Below, piece by piece: positions 9,537 through 20,466 of a stretch of DNA of 64,000 nucleotides. The stretch is from Spirochaetia bacterium (GTDB taxonomy: Bacteria; Spirochaetota; Spirochaetia; JAFGXN01). A program made the position numbers and the translations under genes. Location: contig JAXEIF010000011.1 in NCBI GenBank assembly GCA_034120015.1, positions 5,766 to 69,765 of the forward strand. The letters are read 5' to 3'. The first letter of the stretch is position 1; each line of letters begins with the position of its first letter. A model generated the notes under the pieces. That model searched no databases, was not told where the DNA came from, and was given only the letters and a program-made list of their open reading frames with translations.

Positions 9537-11764
9537 AACCCTATTGTAACTTTTCCGCTGACGGGTAGATTTTCAGCACTGTTTCCGATCATAACAAGAT
9601 ATTCTCCCGCATCGACAACCCATTTTTTGACATTCGGATCATACCGCCGGAAAGCCTCTTCCCCCAAGCAAACCGACACTCTTTTTGTTTCTCCGGGCTG
9701 AAGGAAGACTTTTTCGAATCCTTTCAGTTCCTTGTAAACACGATCTGCTTTGGGATTTAATGCATGAACATAAAATTGAACAATTTCGGCACCGGCCCTG
9801 CTTCCGCTATTTGTTACGGAAACCGAAACCGTAAAAGACTCATTTTTTTCCTTTCCGAAAGCAGAAGCCGAGACATTCCCGGATACGTGACAGTCACTGA
9901 TTTGAAACTGCGTATAAGAAAGTCCGAATCCGAAAGGAAACTGAGCCCGACGATTCACCTTATCCAAAAACCTGTAGCCCAAATATCTTCCTTCGGCATA
10001 TTCCATATGCTTCATTTTATCATAAGCATCCGGACTGTATTCGAAAATATCCGTATTCCGTGATTTCAGGATTCGGGGATCCCCGCCGTATCCTTTCCCG
10101 GGACCGACCCCCATCATCGGAAATTCGTTATAACGTGTCTCACGAGGCATAACAACAAATTGATCGGGATGGGCATTTTGCGCGGCAACAGGAGCGAAAT
10201 CTTCCCAATATTTAACCATTGTGTACGGAAGCTTACCCGAAGGATTAACATCGCCAAAAAGAATACGGGCCAGAGCGACATCCGCCCATTTACCCGCAAT
10301 TCCTACATGAAGAAAACATTTGACATCGTCAATCCAACTCTCCGTTTCAATTCCGGATCCGTAATTACTGACAACAATAACATTGGGATTCAACTCTTTC
10401 AGTTTTTTTATATCTTTAATCTGTTTTTCTTTTAAATCCCACGAACGGTCATTGACTTCGCCTTCCCCGAAAATCCAAAGTCCCGTCACATAGATGACCG
10501 CATCGGCTTTTCTGATAGAAGCAATATCGCTTACTCCGGCCATTCTGATTTTTGTATTTTTTGTCTGATATGATTTAAATCCGTTTGCCAGATTCAGAGT
10601 CATCAGTCTGCCGGGACGTCCGTTAAAAACGGTACAGGCTCCGACTGCCGTTGTATTCAAATGATAACCGTTATAGCCGGTAATCAGGATTGTCTGTTTC
10701 TTATCGGGCGTAAAAGGAAGAAGAGAATCCTCATTTTTTAGCAGAACAATTCCCTCTTCCGCAATACGTCTGGCCAAAAGGTTGTTTTTCTCAAAATCAG
10801 CCGGAACACCCGCGTTCCGGTTCAGCAGATAATCGTAAACTCCGAAAGAAATATATGTCCGCAAAATACGGAAAACCTTATCATCCAGCAACGTTTCCTT
10901 ATTTTCCACTTTCAGAGATTTCAGTCGGGACAGCGAGTAAAATCCGCTTTTTTCCGGCATTTCCAAATCCAATCCGGCAACAAATGAGCCTTCCGTACTG
11001 TAAACGGAATAAAAGTCGGACATCACAAAACCGCGAAAACCCCATTCTTCCTTTAAAATATCCGTTATCAGTCTTTTGTTTTCGGCCATCGGAAATCCGT
11101 TAACCGGATTGTAACCGGTCATGACCGCTCCGACACCGGCTTTAACCGCTTTTTCAAAAGCCGGCAAATAAATTTCGCGTAAAGTGCGTTCATCGATATC
11201 ACTGCTGATTGTATGTCTGTCGTAATCCTGATTATTGGCCGCAAGATGTTTGATAACCGCTACGGTACCGTTTTGCTGCATACCGCCGATATAGGCAACA
11301 GCCATTTCCGATGCCAGGTACGGATCTTCTCCGAAATATTCGAAATTCCGGCCGCATGTCGGCATACGGTAAATATTGACTCCGGGAGCCAAAATCACCG
11401 ATTTTCCGTACGCCCGGCCTTCTTCGGCAATGGCAGCTCCCATTTCTGTCAAAAGAGAACGGTTCCATGAACAGGCAGCCACCAGCGGCGCAGGGAAGCT
11501 GGTACCTTTGAGAAAAATTCCCGAACTGGAATCCTCGACGGAAACAGTCGGCAATCCCAACCTCTCTACAGTTCCGTGATTTTTCCACCCTTCACCCCTG
11601 ATGAACATCATTTTTTCTTCGGTCGTCATTTCCTCCAAAATCAGATTCGCTTTTTCATCTGCCGTAAGATTCTGATCCAAAACCTTTTGTAAGAAAGAAA
11701 CGTCATTAACTCCGGACTGACAAGAGAGAAAGAGCGAAAGAAACAAAGCAATAAAAACAACCAT
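9533..11764 (-). CDS. bglX: Glycoside hydrolase family 3 beta-glucosidase lipoprotein, copy 2 (tandem paralog)
   Basis: 743 aa. Lipobox LFLSC. Long near-identical blocks with copy 1 (LREIYLP[PA]FE[AK]AVKAGVGAVMTGYNPVNGFPM). 4-nt overlap with copy 1. Confidence 0.85.
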   Translation of the reverse strand: MVVFIALFLSLFLSCQSGVNDVSFLQKVLDQNLTADEKANLILEEMTTEEKMMFIRGEGWKNHGTVERLGLPTVSVEDSSSGIFLKGTSFPAPLVAACSWNRSLLTEMGAAIAEEGRAYGKSVILAPGVNIYRMPTCGRNFEYFGEDPYLASEMAVAYIGGMQQNGTVAVIKHLAANNQDYDRHTISSDIDERTLREIYLPAFEKAVKAGVGAVMTGYNPVNGFPMAENKRLITDILKEEWGFRGFVMSDFYSVYSTEGSFVAGLDLEMPEKSGFYSLSRLKSLKVENKETLLDDKVFRILRTYISFGVYDYLLNRNAGVPADFEKNNLLARRIAEEGIVLLKNEDSLLPFTPDKKQTILITGYNGYHLNTTAVGACTVFNGRPGRLMTLNLANGFKSYQTKNTKIRMAGVSDIASIRKADAVIYVTGLWIFGEGEVNDRSWDLKEKQIKDIKKLKELNPNVIVVSNYGSGIETESWIDDVKCFLHVGIAGKWADVALARILFGDVNPSGKLPYTMVKYWEDFAPVAAQNAHPDQFVVMPRETRYNEFPMMGVGPGKGYGGDPRILKSRNTDIFEYSPDAYDKMKHMEYAEGRYLGYRFLDKVNRRAQFPFGFGLSYTQFQISDCHVSGNVSASAFGKEKNESFTVSVSVTNSGSRAGAEIVQFYVHALNPKADRVYKELKGFEKVFLQPGETKRVSVCLGEEAFRRYDPNVKKWVVDAGEYLVMIGNSAENLPVSGKVTIGL

Positions 11765-11810
11765 TCTCCCCTAATTATACCGAAAAAGCCGATTAAATCA
11801 ACAAAAAAAT

Positions 11811-12893
11811 TTAAAAGACAGTCACCCGGGAATCAAAACTTTTTAACAGTGCGGAAACTTTCCGAAAAAGGGAAGAGGCGTCGGAAGAATACGGTTGCGC
11901 ATCACGCAGAAAAACGGTCATATGCTGACGTCCTTCATTAACCGAATAAGTCAGTTCTACGGAAGGTGCATCAAGAAATCTCAGGCGGTCTCCCTTTTGC
12001 GTTTCGGCAACATTCAAATCAACACGAAAAATTCCGCCGACGCTGCATTCGGGACGATGCCCCATCCACCCGACAAAATTTCCCAATCCCCAAAAAACAA
12101 ATGCCTCGCCCCCTTTCGGTGAAGGGAAAACTTCAAAAGCACGGATAACGTGCGCATGATTTCCGAAAACGACATCGGCACCGACATCAATCAGAAAACG
12201 AACCAAATCGCGGTCATTCTCACGGGGTGCCAGCGTATATTCGTCGCCGTAATGAAGCATGACCAGGACAAAATCGCATTCGGCCGCCGCTTTTGAAATA
12301 CGCTCCCGAATAAGCGGACGGTTTCGGGTGTCGGCCACGGGAGATGGATTCGGATAGCGTATATTGGTAATATCGGTAAGAGAAAACAGAGCAATCGTGA
12401 TATCGTTCACAAGAAGAACAAGGGGATTCAGAGGGTCATCATTTCCGGCAGCGGTACCGACATGCAAAGCTCCTGTTTTACGGTAATACCCGACTGCCGC
12501 GTCGATACCGGCCCTGCCGCGATCCAAAGAATGATTATTGGCGGTCGCAAAGATATCAAATCCGGTTTTGCGCAACGCCTCCGTTAATTCAAACGGTGCA
12601 TTGAAAAAAGGATATCCGCTGACACCGAATTCCCGGCCGGCCGTCATCGCCTCCTGATTGACAATCGCGACATCGGCACTCCTAACCGAATCGGCAACCG
12701 GTTCCGTAACGCGGTAAAAATCTTCGACACTGCCGTTTTCGGCAAAATGGCGGTAATTACCGTCGTAAAAAAGAACATCTCCGCAGGCAACCACAGTCAG
12801 ACGGCGTTTAAATTCCGTTTCCCCAACCGTACAGGAAAAAAAAGAAAAAATCAGACATAAAAGGAAAAAAAGAGTTCCGAAACGACCCATCAC
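11811..12893 (-). CDS. CapA/PGA_cap family metallophosphatase-like lipoprotein
   Basis: NHSLDRGRAGIDAAVGYYRKTG and HYGDEYT...GADVVFGNHAHV motifs. N-terminal lipobox FFSC. Confidence 0.7.
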   Translation of the reverse strand: MMGRFGTLFFLLCLIFSFFSCTVGETEFKRRLTVVACGDVLFYDGNYRHFAENGSVEDFYRVTEPVADSVRSADVAIVNQEAMTAGREFGVSGYPFFNAPFELTEALRKTGFDIFATANNHSLDRGRAGIDAAVGYYRKTGALHVGTAAGNDDPLNPLVLLVNDITIALFSLTDITNIRYPNPSPVADTRNRPLIRERISKAAAECDFVLVMLHYGDEYTLAPRENDRDLVRFLIDVGADVVFGNHAHVIRAFEVFPSPKGGEAFVFWGLGNFVGWMGHRPECSVGGIFRVDLNVAETQKGDRLRFLDAPSVELTYSVNEGRQHMTVFLRDAQPYSSDASSLFRKVSALLKSFDSRVTVF

Positions 12894-13639
12894 AGCCGTG
12901 TCAGAATCTCGGTATGATCGGGAAAAATCGCAACGGTATCTTCAAAATGAGCCGAAAGCGACCCGTCGCAGGTGACTACCGTCCAGTCATCATCCAACAC
13001 ATCGACATCGTATGTGCCGGCATTAATCATCGGTTCGATAGCAATCACCATACCGGCCTGCAGACGGGGGTTTTTACCCGCAAATTCGCAGTAATTGGGC
13101 ACTTCCGGTTCTTCATGAACCTTTAATCCGACACCGTGACCGCAATAATCCCGAACCACGCCGTAACCGTACGCCCGTGCATGCGCCGAAACCGCACGCG
13201 ATATATCTTTTATCCGATTTCCGAAACGGGCCGCCGCAATCCCTTTATCCAGACATTCGAAAGTAACCTTCATCAGCTTCTCGGCATCGGCACAGACCTT
13301 CCCGACCGGAAAGGTACGCGCCATATCACTGAAAAAACCGTTAAGGTTAATACCCAAATCCATACCGACAATATCCCCTTCTTCGAGACGACGGTTTCCC
13401 GGTATACCGTGAATCACTTCATCGTTCACGGAAATACAGGCGGAAGCGGGAAATCCTCCGTAATGCAGAAAGGCGGGTTTACCGCCGTGATCCGTAATAA
13501 ACCGGTAAACCCACTGATCGATTTGTTTTGTTGTCATCCCGGGGCGAATTTTCTCCCCTACTTCCCCCATAAGTCGGGCCAGCAAATGACAGGACTTTCG
13601 TATTCCGTCAATTTCCTCTTTGGTTTTGATGATGATCAT
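12890..13639 (-). CDS. map: Methionine aminopeptidase type I
   Basis: 249 aa. MIIIKTKEEIDGIRKSC...GHGVGLKVHEEP. Typical Map length and motifs. Confidence 0.9.
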   Translation of the reverse strand: MIIIKTKEEIDGIRKSCHLLARLMGEVGEKIRPGMTTKQIDQWVYRFITDHGGKPAFLHYGGFPASACISVNDEVIHGIPGNRRLEEGDIVGMDLGINLNGFFSDMARTFPVGKVCADAEKLMKVTFECLDKGIAAARFGNRIKDISRAVSAHARAYGYGVVRDYCGHGVGLKVHEEPEVPNYCEFAGKNPRLQAGMVIAIEPMINAGTYDVDVLDDDWTVVTCDGSLSAHFEDTVAIFPDHTEILTRL

Positions 13640-15312
13640 TTTTCTATTCCCGAATTCAAATAATCGATATAGGAAATCACTTCAATATTTGCGGGATCCA
13701 AATCGTGTGCCAACAAAAAGGAACGCATCGCCTTTTCGTAATCTTTTTTCATCAAATAGATTCGTCCGTACAAAACATGAAGAGAAGCCGCAAGAGGGGC
13801 ATCTTCCCAATCAACATACGAACGGGCCGCATCGACTTCATTCAAAGCCCGATCCGGATAACCGAAATAAAGAGACAGGAGAGCACAGTTATAATACGGC
13901 TGATACCCCATCTGATAATGTCCGGTTTCCCGCACGGCTTTATGCGTACACTCGAGAAACGCATTATAGGCAGATTCAAAGTCCTCTTTCAAAACAGCGG
14001 AAACTCCGGTATAAAAATCAATCCAGGAACGAACGCCGTAATCACGCCGACAATGCTCAAGCAGAGTGTCAATTTCCGACGAATCGGCCAATCCGGTCAG
14101 GTACCACAGAAATACACGCGGAATTTTTTCATTAATTCCTCTGTTTTGATTGTAAAGATTCCACAATGAGCCGATAAACCGCTCGGGCGAAACATCGGAG
14201 ATTAGAAACTGATACGCCAGAACCGCATCGGGGTTGTCGACTTCAAGTTTCAGGAAGTTTTCCAAAACCGATTTGGCCTTTTCGGTTTCATTGACTTTGA
14301 CGTAATCCTCTGCCAGCTTCAAATTCAGTACGGCAATTCCGGGAAAAGCACGGACACCGCGCTCCATAGAAGCAATTCCCTCGGCACTGTCGCGATAAAG
14401 ATAAGCCAGATTATAATAAGGAACGTAACTGTAATCGGGATACATTTCCGTAAAATCGGAATATAAAGCAGCCGCTTCGTTTTCTATGCCCAATTCCATC
14501 GACAAATCGGCCAGAAAGAGAAACCAGTCGCGGTTATGCTCCAGAAAAAAATCGCGATCCAGCATCTGCGCATACGAATAAGCCGTTTCCGTTTCGCCGG
14601 CATCGTAAGCCAGATAACTGCCCAGCACGGGATGACTCTTTCCGATCCGTTCATCGAATAGAGAGAAGGCTTCAACCGTGTTTCCCTCCGCAGCCAGGGC
14701 CAGTACATAATTTTTGATCAGACGGGAATCGTCAAAACGTTCCGTCAGATAAACATAGCCGTTCGGGTCATCGGACATCGCTATCGAAACAGCTGCCCGG
14801 CTTAAAGAATCCAGTGCGGCCGTCTTAAGCAATTCGGCATTACCCGACCGCAAAGCCGCCTCGCTTAACAGCGTCGGCTGAATCCCGCATGTTTCGAATG
14901 CCTCCGAAGCTACCTGCCATGCTTTATCGTATTGTCCGGTTTTCAGCAGAGCATAAACACACAAAGACCGTGCATCCCTTTCTTTCGGATAGCTCCGCAC
15001 CGCATTTTCCGCAAAATCGGCAAACCGGTTATAATTTTTCGTTTCGCCGGCAATTTTTAAAACGCGATTCAATACCTCTTTCGAAACGGAAAATTCGCCG
15101 GAAAACAGTTTTAAATCTTCCAACAGACGCTCTGCCTGCGCATAATGTCCTTCCGAAATATGACGGTCGATCACAGAGAGCTGATATGAGACCTGGGATA
15201 ACGCCTTATGTCTTAAAGCAGTCTTTACGGCGAATCCGACTCCGCATCCGAACAATACCAGAACACAGACGGAAACAAATGCGACAATAAAGCCTTTCCC
15301 TTTTCCGTTCAT
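13636..15312 (-). CDS. Membrane-anchored TPR-repeat protein
   Basis: N-terminal TM (FIVAFVSVCVLVLFGC). Repeated TPR-like helices. Overlaps nusB and map by 4 nt each. Confidence 0.65.
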   Translation of the reverse strand: MNGKGKGFIVAFVSVCVLVLFGCGVGFAVKTALRHKALSQVSYQLSVIDRHISEGHYAQAERLLEDLKLFSGEFSVSKEVLNRVLKIAGETKNYNRFADFAENAVRSYPKERDARSLCVYALLKTGQYDKAWQVASEAFETCGIQPTLLSEAALRSGNAELLKTAALDSLSRAAVSIAMSDDPNGYVYLTERFDDSRLIKNYVLALAAEGNTVEAFSLFDERIGKSHPVLGSYLAYDAGETETAYSYAQMLDRDFFLEHNRDWFLFLADLSMELGIENEAAALYSDFTEMYPDYSYVPYYNLAYLYRDSAEGIASMERGVRAFPGIAVLNLKLAEDYVKVNETEKAKSVLENFLKLEVDNPDAVLAYQFLISDVSPERFIGSLWNLYNQNRGINEKIPRVFLWYLTGLADSSEIDTLLEHCRRDYGVRSWIDFYTGVSAVLKEDFESAYNAFLECTHKAVRETGHYQMGYQPYYNCALLSLYFGYPDRALNEVDAARSYVDWEDAPLAASLHVLYGRIYLMKKDYEKAMRSFLLAHDLDPANIEVISYIDYLNSGIEK

Positions 15313-15716
15313 CGGTCAGCCTCCCGGGACAGTTTGTCGAGAATACCGTTGACAAATTTATATGATTCATCGGCAGAAAGCGATTTTGAAATTTCGATTG
15401 CTTCGTCAATTACAATCCGGGAAGGTAGCGGCTGCGCCTGAAAACACATTTCGTAAATCGAGACCCGCAAAACGGCCAGATCGACCCGGGCGATTCTGTC
15501 AAAGTCTCTTTTCTCGGAAGCATTGAAAATCATTTTATCGATTGCCGCAAGATGCTCGAAAGTTCCTTCCGCCAACATACGTGCGAACAGAAGACTTTCT
15601 TCATGAAGATCCCCGGATGTCCACCTGAAATCCGAAAGAGCACGTTTATCCCGACTCATCTCGTAATTATAGAGAGCCTGAACCGCAACAACACGACCGG
15701 AATGACGCGCACCCAC
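15309..15716 (-). CDS. nusB: Transcription antitermination factor NusB
   Basis: 135 aa. ARHSGRVVAVQALYNYEM N-terminal signature. Confidence 0.85.
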   Translation of the reverse strand: MGARHSGRVVAVQALYNYEMSRDKRALSDFRWTSGDLHEESLLFARMLAEGTFEHLAAIDKMIFNASEKRDFDRIARVDLAVLRVSIYEMCFQAQPLPSRIVIDEAIEISKSLSADESYKFVNGILDKLSREADR

Positions 15717-16759
15717 TAATCCAAATCCTTTTGAAAATATTTGATATCCGCTTCCTCACGCAATTCTTTGCTCAATTCCTGTAAAGCGGTATTATACTGT
15801 TCGTACATTTTGATAGCCTGCATTCTTTCCTTAATGCTGTCTCCGAAAGTTCCGGAATGTTCCGGATCTATTTTATCGTCGTATTTCGGAATACCGGCCT
15901 CTTCCTTTGCCGTAATTTTGAAAATATGATATCCGCGTTCGGTCTCCAATACGGAAGTTACTCCTCCGACCGGAAGTGCGAATAATGTTTCCACAATTTT
16001 GGCATCCAGAAGACGAAAGGCCTCACTGTACAGGAGCCACCCCATGGCTCCGCCGTTATACTTTGATCCCCGATCTTCGGAATAAGTTCTCGCCGCATCC
16101 TCAAAACTCATTTTCCCCGAAGCAACCTTCGAAGCGGCTTCATCTATCACTTTTTTGGCATTTTTTTTATCCGCAGCCGCCAATCCGGTTGTATCGATAT
16201 AAATCTGACTGACACGGATTCGGGCCGGAAGATTTAATGTTCCCGCATTGACCTGCTTTTGAAATTCGGCACGTGCTTCCGCATCCGATATCTCGGGCGG
16301 GATCATCGCATTCGGTTTTTTTTTGGCTACAAACTGTTTAATTTTTTCCTGATTTGTGTATGCCTCTTTAATACGATCGAGAGTCATACCGCCGTAAATT
16401 TCCAAATCCTTTTCGGTTGCCGACCGCTTCAGCAACGTCGACAATTCGGCAAGCTTCTGCTTCTTAAAATTGTTATACGATGAATCGCTGACACGAATTC
16501 CGTCCCTGTCGGCGCCCTGCACCAGCAATGCCACATCGATCAGCTGCTCGAGAACTTCTTTTTTTGTGATATCTCCGGGAGCATCCGTTGCATTCATCGC
16601 CTTTTTGATTTCATCGTAACGGGCATCAACGGAGGCTTTGGTAATCGGTTCCCGTCGGATTAATTCGACTGTCGCCACAATATTGTCAATACGATCTGCC
16701 GGAAAACCGCCCAAAGCAGTCAATCCCGCAAACAAAAATGTAAAGAAATATTTTTTCAT
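15716..16759 (-). CDS. Parvulin-type peptidyl-prolyl isomerase (SurA/PrsA-like) with signal peptide
   Basis: MKKYFFTFLFAGLTALGG signal peptide. PpiC domain near the C-terminus (GGVTSVLETERGYHIFKI). Confidence 0.75.
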   Translation of the reverse strand: MKKYFFTFLFAGLTALGGFPADRIDNIVATVELIRREPITKASVDARYDEIKKAMNATDAPGDITKKEVLEQLIDVALLVQGADRDGIRVSDSSYNNFKKQKLAELSTLLKRSATEKDLEIYGGMTLDRIKEAYTNQEKIKQFVAKKKPNAMIPPEISDAEARAEFQKQVNAGTLNLPARIRVSQIYIDTTGLAAADKKNAKKVIDEAASKVASGKMSFEDAARTYSEDRGSKYNGGAMGWLLYSEAFRLLDAKIVETLFALPVGGVTSVLETERGYHIFKITAKEEAGIPKYDDKIDPEHSGTFGDSIKERMQAIKMYEQYNTALQELSKELREEADIKYFQKDLD

Positions 16760-16779
16760 ACCAAAGCCTCCGCTACCGT

Positions 16780-17148
16780 TTACTCTGCCGTTACCGTCGA
16801 TGCGGCATTATTCTCCGCATTCAACTCCTGAATTTCGTCTATCCAGGTTTTTTCCGCACCGCTGCGGGCATTGATTTCCGCTTCGACACCGTCCGATGCC
16901 TGAGCATCGCTGTAACTCTTGGTATAAACCATCATCAGGCTCAAAGACAGAACAAAAAACAGAACTGCCAGAATTCCCGTAAAACGGGTCAGGATATTTC
17001 CGGACTGAAGGCCGACGGACGAATTGTTGCTTCCCCCGAAAATACCTCCGAGACCGTCGCCCTGATCATCCTGAAGCAAAATCACGCCCATCAGCAAAAC
17101 GGATACAATACAAAATAAAATCAGTAAAATGACACTCAATACAGCCAT
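16780..17148 (-). CDS. secG: Preprotein translocase subunit SecG
   Basis: MAVLSVILLILFCIVSVLLMGVILLQ...GGIFGG typical SecG. Confidence 0.8.
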   Translation of the reverse strand: MAVLSVILLILFCIVSVLLMGVILLQDDQGDGLGGIFGGSNNSSVGLQSGNILTRFTGILAVLFFVLSLSLMMVYTKSYSDAQASDGVEAEINARSGAEKTWIDEIQELNAENNAASTVTAE

Positions 17149-17159
17149 TTAAAACTCCA

Positions 17160-17918
17160 TCATTTATCGTAATTAACAATCGGAAGGAATGTTTCGGCCT
17201 TCAGCGAAGCTCCTCCGATCAGACCGCCGTCGATATCCGGCATCGCCATCAGTTCTTTTGCATTACCGGCATTCATCGAGCCGCCGTATTGAATAATCAT
17301 ATTTTCGGCACACTTCGGACAGTACAAGGCTGCGATTTTGGCACGGGCCGCAACATGAACTTCCTGTGCATCGTGAGGAGTCGCTGTTTTTCCCGTTCCG
17401 ATAGCCCAAACCGGTTCATAGGCAATAGTAACCCGGGCCAGCTCTTCGGCAGAAACATCTTTTAATCCGGCTTCGATTTGCGCATTGACCACTTCGATTG
17501 CTTTTCCCGCTTCGCGTTCATCGAGCGTCTCACCGACACACAAGATCACTTCCAAACCGTGAGCCAAAGCGAGCTTAAGTTTTTTATTGATGACTTCATC
17601 GCTTTCTTTATAGATCGACCGTCTTTCGGAATGACCGAGAATAACAACCTGAACACCGACATCTTTCAGCATCAGCACGGAAGTCTCTCCGGTATAAGCT
17701 CCGGCTTCGGCAAATGCCATATTTTGGGCGCCGAGCAGAATGGGACTGCCGGCAAGAACTTTGGAAACGGCATCCAGACAGGTAAAATTCGGAGCGATCA
17801 GCACCCGATGCGGACAATCTTTTACGGATTTAACCAAAGATTTGGCCAGATCGACAGCCTGGGTAACCGTCAGATTCATTTTCCAGTTTCCGGCAATAAA
17901 ACTCTTTCTCATTTTCAT
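17160..17918 (-). CDS. tpiA: Triosephosphate isomerase
   Basis: FIAGNWKMN, VILGHSERR, AYEPVWAIGTGKTA motifs. Confidence 0.95.
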   Translation of the reverse strand: MKMRKSFIAGNWKMNLTVTQAVDLAKSLVKSVKDCPHRVLIAPNFTCLDAVSKVLAGSPILLGAQNMAFAEAGAYTGETSVLMLKDVGVQVVILGHSERRSIYKESDEVINKKLKLALAHGLEVILCVGETLDEREAGKAIEVVNAQIEAGLKDVSAEELARVTIAYEPVWAIGTGKTATPHDAQEVHVAARAKIAALYCPKCAENMIIQYGGSMNAGNAKELMAMPDIDGGLIGGASLKAETFLPIVNYDK

Positions 17919-17926
17919 TTCCTCCC

Positions 17927-19111
17927 TTACTGTTCCAGAGCGACAATACCGGGCAGTTTTTTGCCTTCAAGGAATTCCAGAGAAGCGCCGCCTCCCGTCG
18001 AAACATGGCTCAGTTTCTTGGAAAGACCGAATTTATTGGCTGCCGCAACGGAATCGCCGCCGCCGACAACAGTTGTTCCCTGACATTCGGCAACCGCCAT
18101 TGCCACCTGCTTGGTACCGTTGGCAAATTTATCAAATTCAAAAACTCCCATCGGGCCGTTCCACACAACGGTTTTGGCCGGAATAATCGCTTTCGAAAAC
18201 AGTTCGATTGTTTTGGGACCGATATCCATTCCCATTTTATCGGCAGGAATGTTGTCGGAATCAATAACGGTTGCTTCGGCATTTTCGTTAAATTCGGATG
18301 CAACAACATTATCGACGGGAAGAAGAACCTGAACACCCGCTTTTTCGGCTGCCGCCAGAAAATTCTTTGCGGTATCCAGAAAATCGGCTTCCAGCAGAGA
18401 TTTTCCGACTTCATATCCTTTAGCCTTCAGGAAGGTATAAGCCATACCGCCGCCGATAATAAATGTATCGGCTGTCTTCAGCAGCGATTCCAAAACGGCA
18501 ATCTTGGAAGAAACTTTGGCACCGCCGATAATGGCAACAAGCGGTTTATCGGGATTGGTCAGAATCGGAGCAAAAAATTTCACTTCTTTTTCGATCAGGA
18601 ATCCGGCTGCTGAAGGCAGAAAGTGAGCCACACCTTCGGTAGAAGCTTCCGCACGGTGAGCCGTACCGAAAGCATCGTTAACATAAACATCACCGAGAGC
18701 AGCCAGCTGTTTGGCAAATTCGGGATCGTTTTTCTTTTCGGCTTTATAATAACGGACATTCTCCAAAAAGAGAATTTCACCCGGTTTCAGCGCTTTCGCA
18801 GCCGCTTCGACTTTTTCGCCGATTGTATCGTCAATATACTGAACGGGTCTGTCCAGTTTTTCACTCAGTCTTTTGGCAATCGGTTTTACGGAAAACTGGG
18901 GTTCCCGCGTTCCGTCACCTGCCGGCCGTCCCAGATGGCACATCACAACCAAAGAAGTACCGGGTTTGGCCAAAATATATTCAATTGTCGGCAAAGCTTC
19001 GACAATTCTGGTTTCATCCGTAATCACTCCGTCTTTAATCGGAACATTAAAATCGACACGCAGTAAAACGCGTTTATTATCCAAATCAATATCACGAACG
19101 GTTCTCAACAT
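17927..19111 (-). CDS. pgk: Phosphoglycerate kinase (start taken at the internal Met MLRTVRDIDL, not the longer ORF-track start at 19156)
   Basis: RVDFNVPIKDG, MCHLGRP, GGGASLEFLEGK motifs. The 15-aa N-terminal extension of the track ORF is not PGK-like. Confidence 0.9.
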   Translation of the reverse strand: MLRTVRDIDLDNKRVLLRVDFNVPIKDGVITDETRIVEALPTIEYILAKPGTSLVVMCHLGRPAGDGTREPQFSVKPIAKRLSEKLDRPVQYIDDTIGEKVEAAAKALKPGEILFLENVRYYKAEKKNDPEFAKQLAALGDVYVNDAFGTAHRAEASTEGVAHFLPSAAGFLIEKEVKFFAPILTNPDKPLVAIIGGAKVSSKIAVLESLLKTADTFIIGGGMAYTFLKAKGYEVGKSLLEADFLDTAKNFLAAAEKAGVQVLLPVDNVVASEFNENAEATVIDSDNIPADKMGMDIGPKTIELFSKAIIPAKTVVWNGPMGVFEFDKFANGTKQVAMAVAECQGTTVVGGGDSVAAANKFGLSKKLSHVSTGGGASLEFLEGKKLPGIVALEQ

Positions 19112-19125
19112 AAGACTTTTCCTCC

Positions 19126-19166
19126 GAAATAAAAAAAGAAAAGACAGCCCCTGCAACGAGGGGCTG
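19126..19166 (-). terminator. Intra-operon hairpin plus U-run between gap and pgk (candidate partial terminator/attenuator)
   Basis: On the minus strand: CAGCCCCT-cgttgc-AGGGGCTG followed by TCTTTTCTTTTTTT. Confidence 0.5.
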
Positions 19167-19183
19167 CGGTTTTCAAATCAAAA

Positions 19184-20248
<1,065 letters not shown>

Positions 20249-20291
20249 CTATCTCCTTGTAACCTGAAAATCAGGGTATTACCTTTTTTAA

Positions 20292-20320
20292 AATATATTC
20301 CAAATACAAACCGTTGTCAA
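20292..20320 (-). promoter_or_regulatory. Candidate gap-operon promoter TTGACA-17-TATATT
   Basis: Reverse complement of 20315-20320 is TTGACA and of 20292-20297 is TATATT, with a 17-nt spacer. The AAGGAG RBS lies downstream. Confidence 0.5.
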
Positions 20321-20413
20321 TAAGAAACTCTGTAATCCGTCCGATTTTTCCCGAAGACGAAAAACACGGCACCATACGTCCTTCTTCCCAAACGGCGAAA
20401 GAACAAAAAAGAG

Positions 20414-20442
20414 TTGCATATTCCTCCGGTCCGTTTTACAAT
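20414..20442 (+). promoter_or_regulatory. Candidate galM promoter TTGCAT-17-TACAAT
   Basis: TTGCAT 20414-20419, TACAAT 20437-20442, RBS GAGGAG before ATG at 20467. Confidence 0.45.
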
Positions 20443-20466
20443 GCAGTCATAGAGGAGATATTCTTT

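Noticed and set aside
20314-20466. Longer N-terminal starts in the ORF track for galM (20314), pgk (19156), purM (28729), the bactofilin (30689) and the ABC-F protein (54290)
   Set aside because: The upstream extensions lack an RBS and are not family-like. Internal Mets with AGGAG-type RBSs coincide with the conserved protein N-termini.
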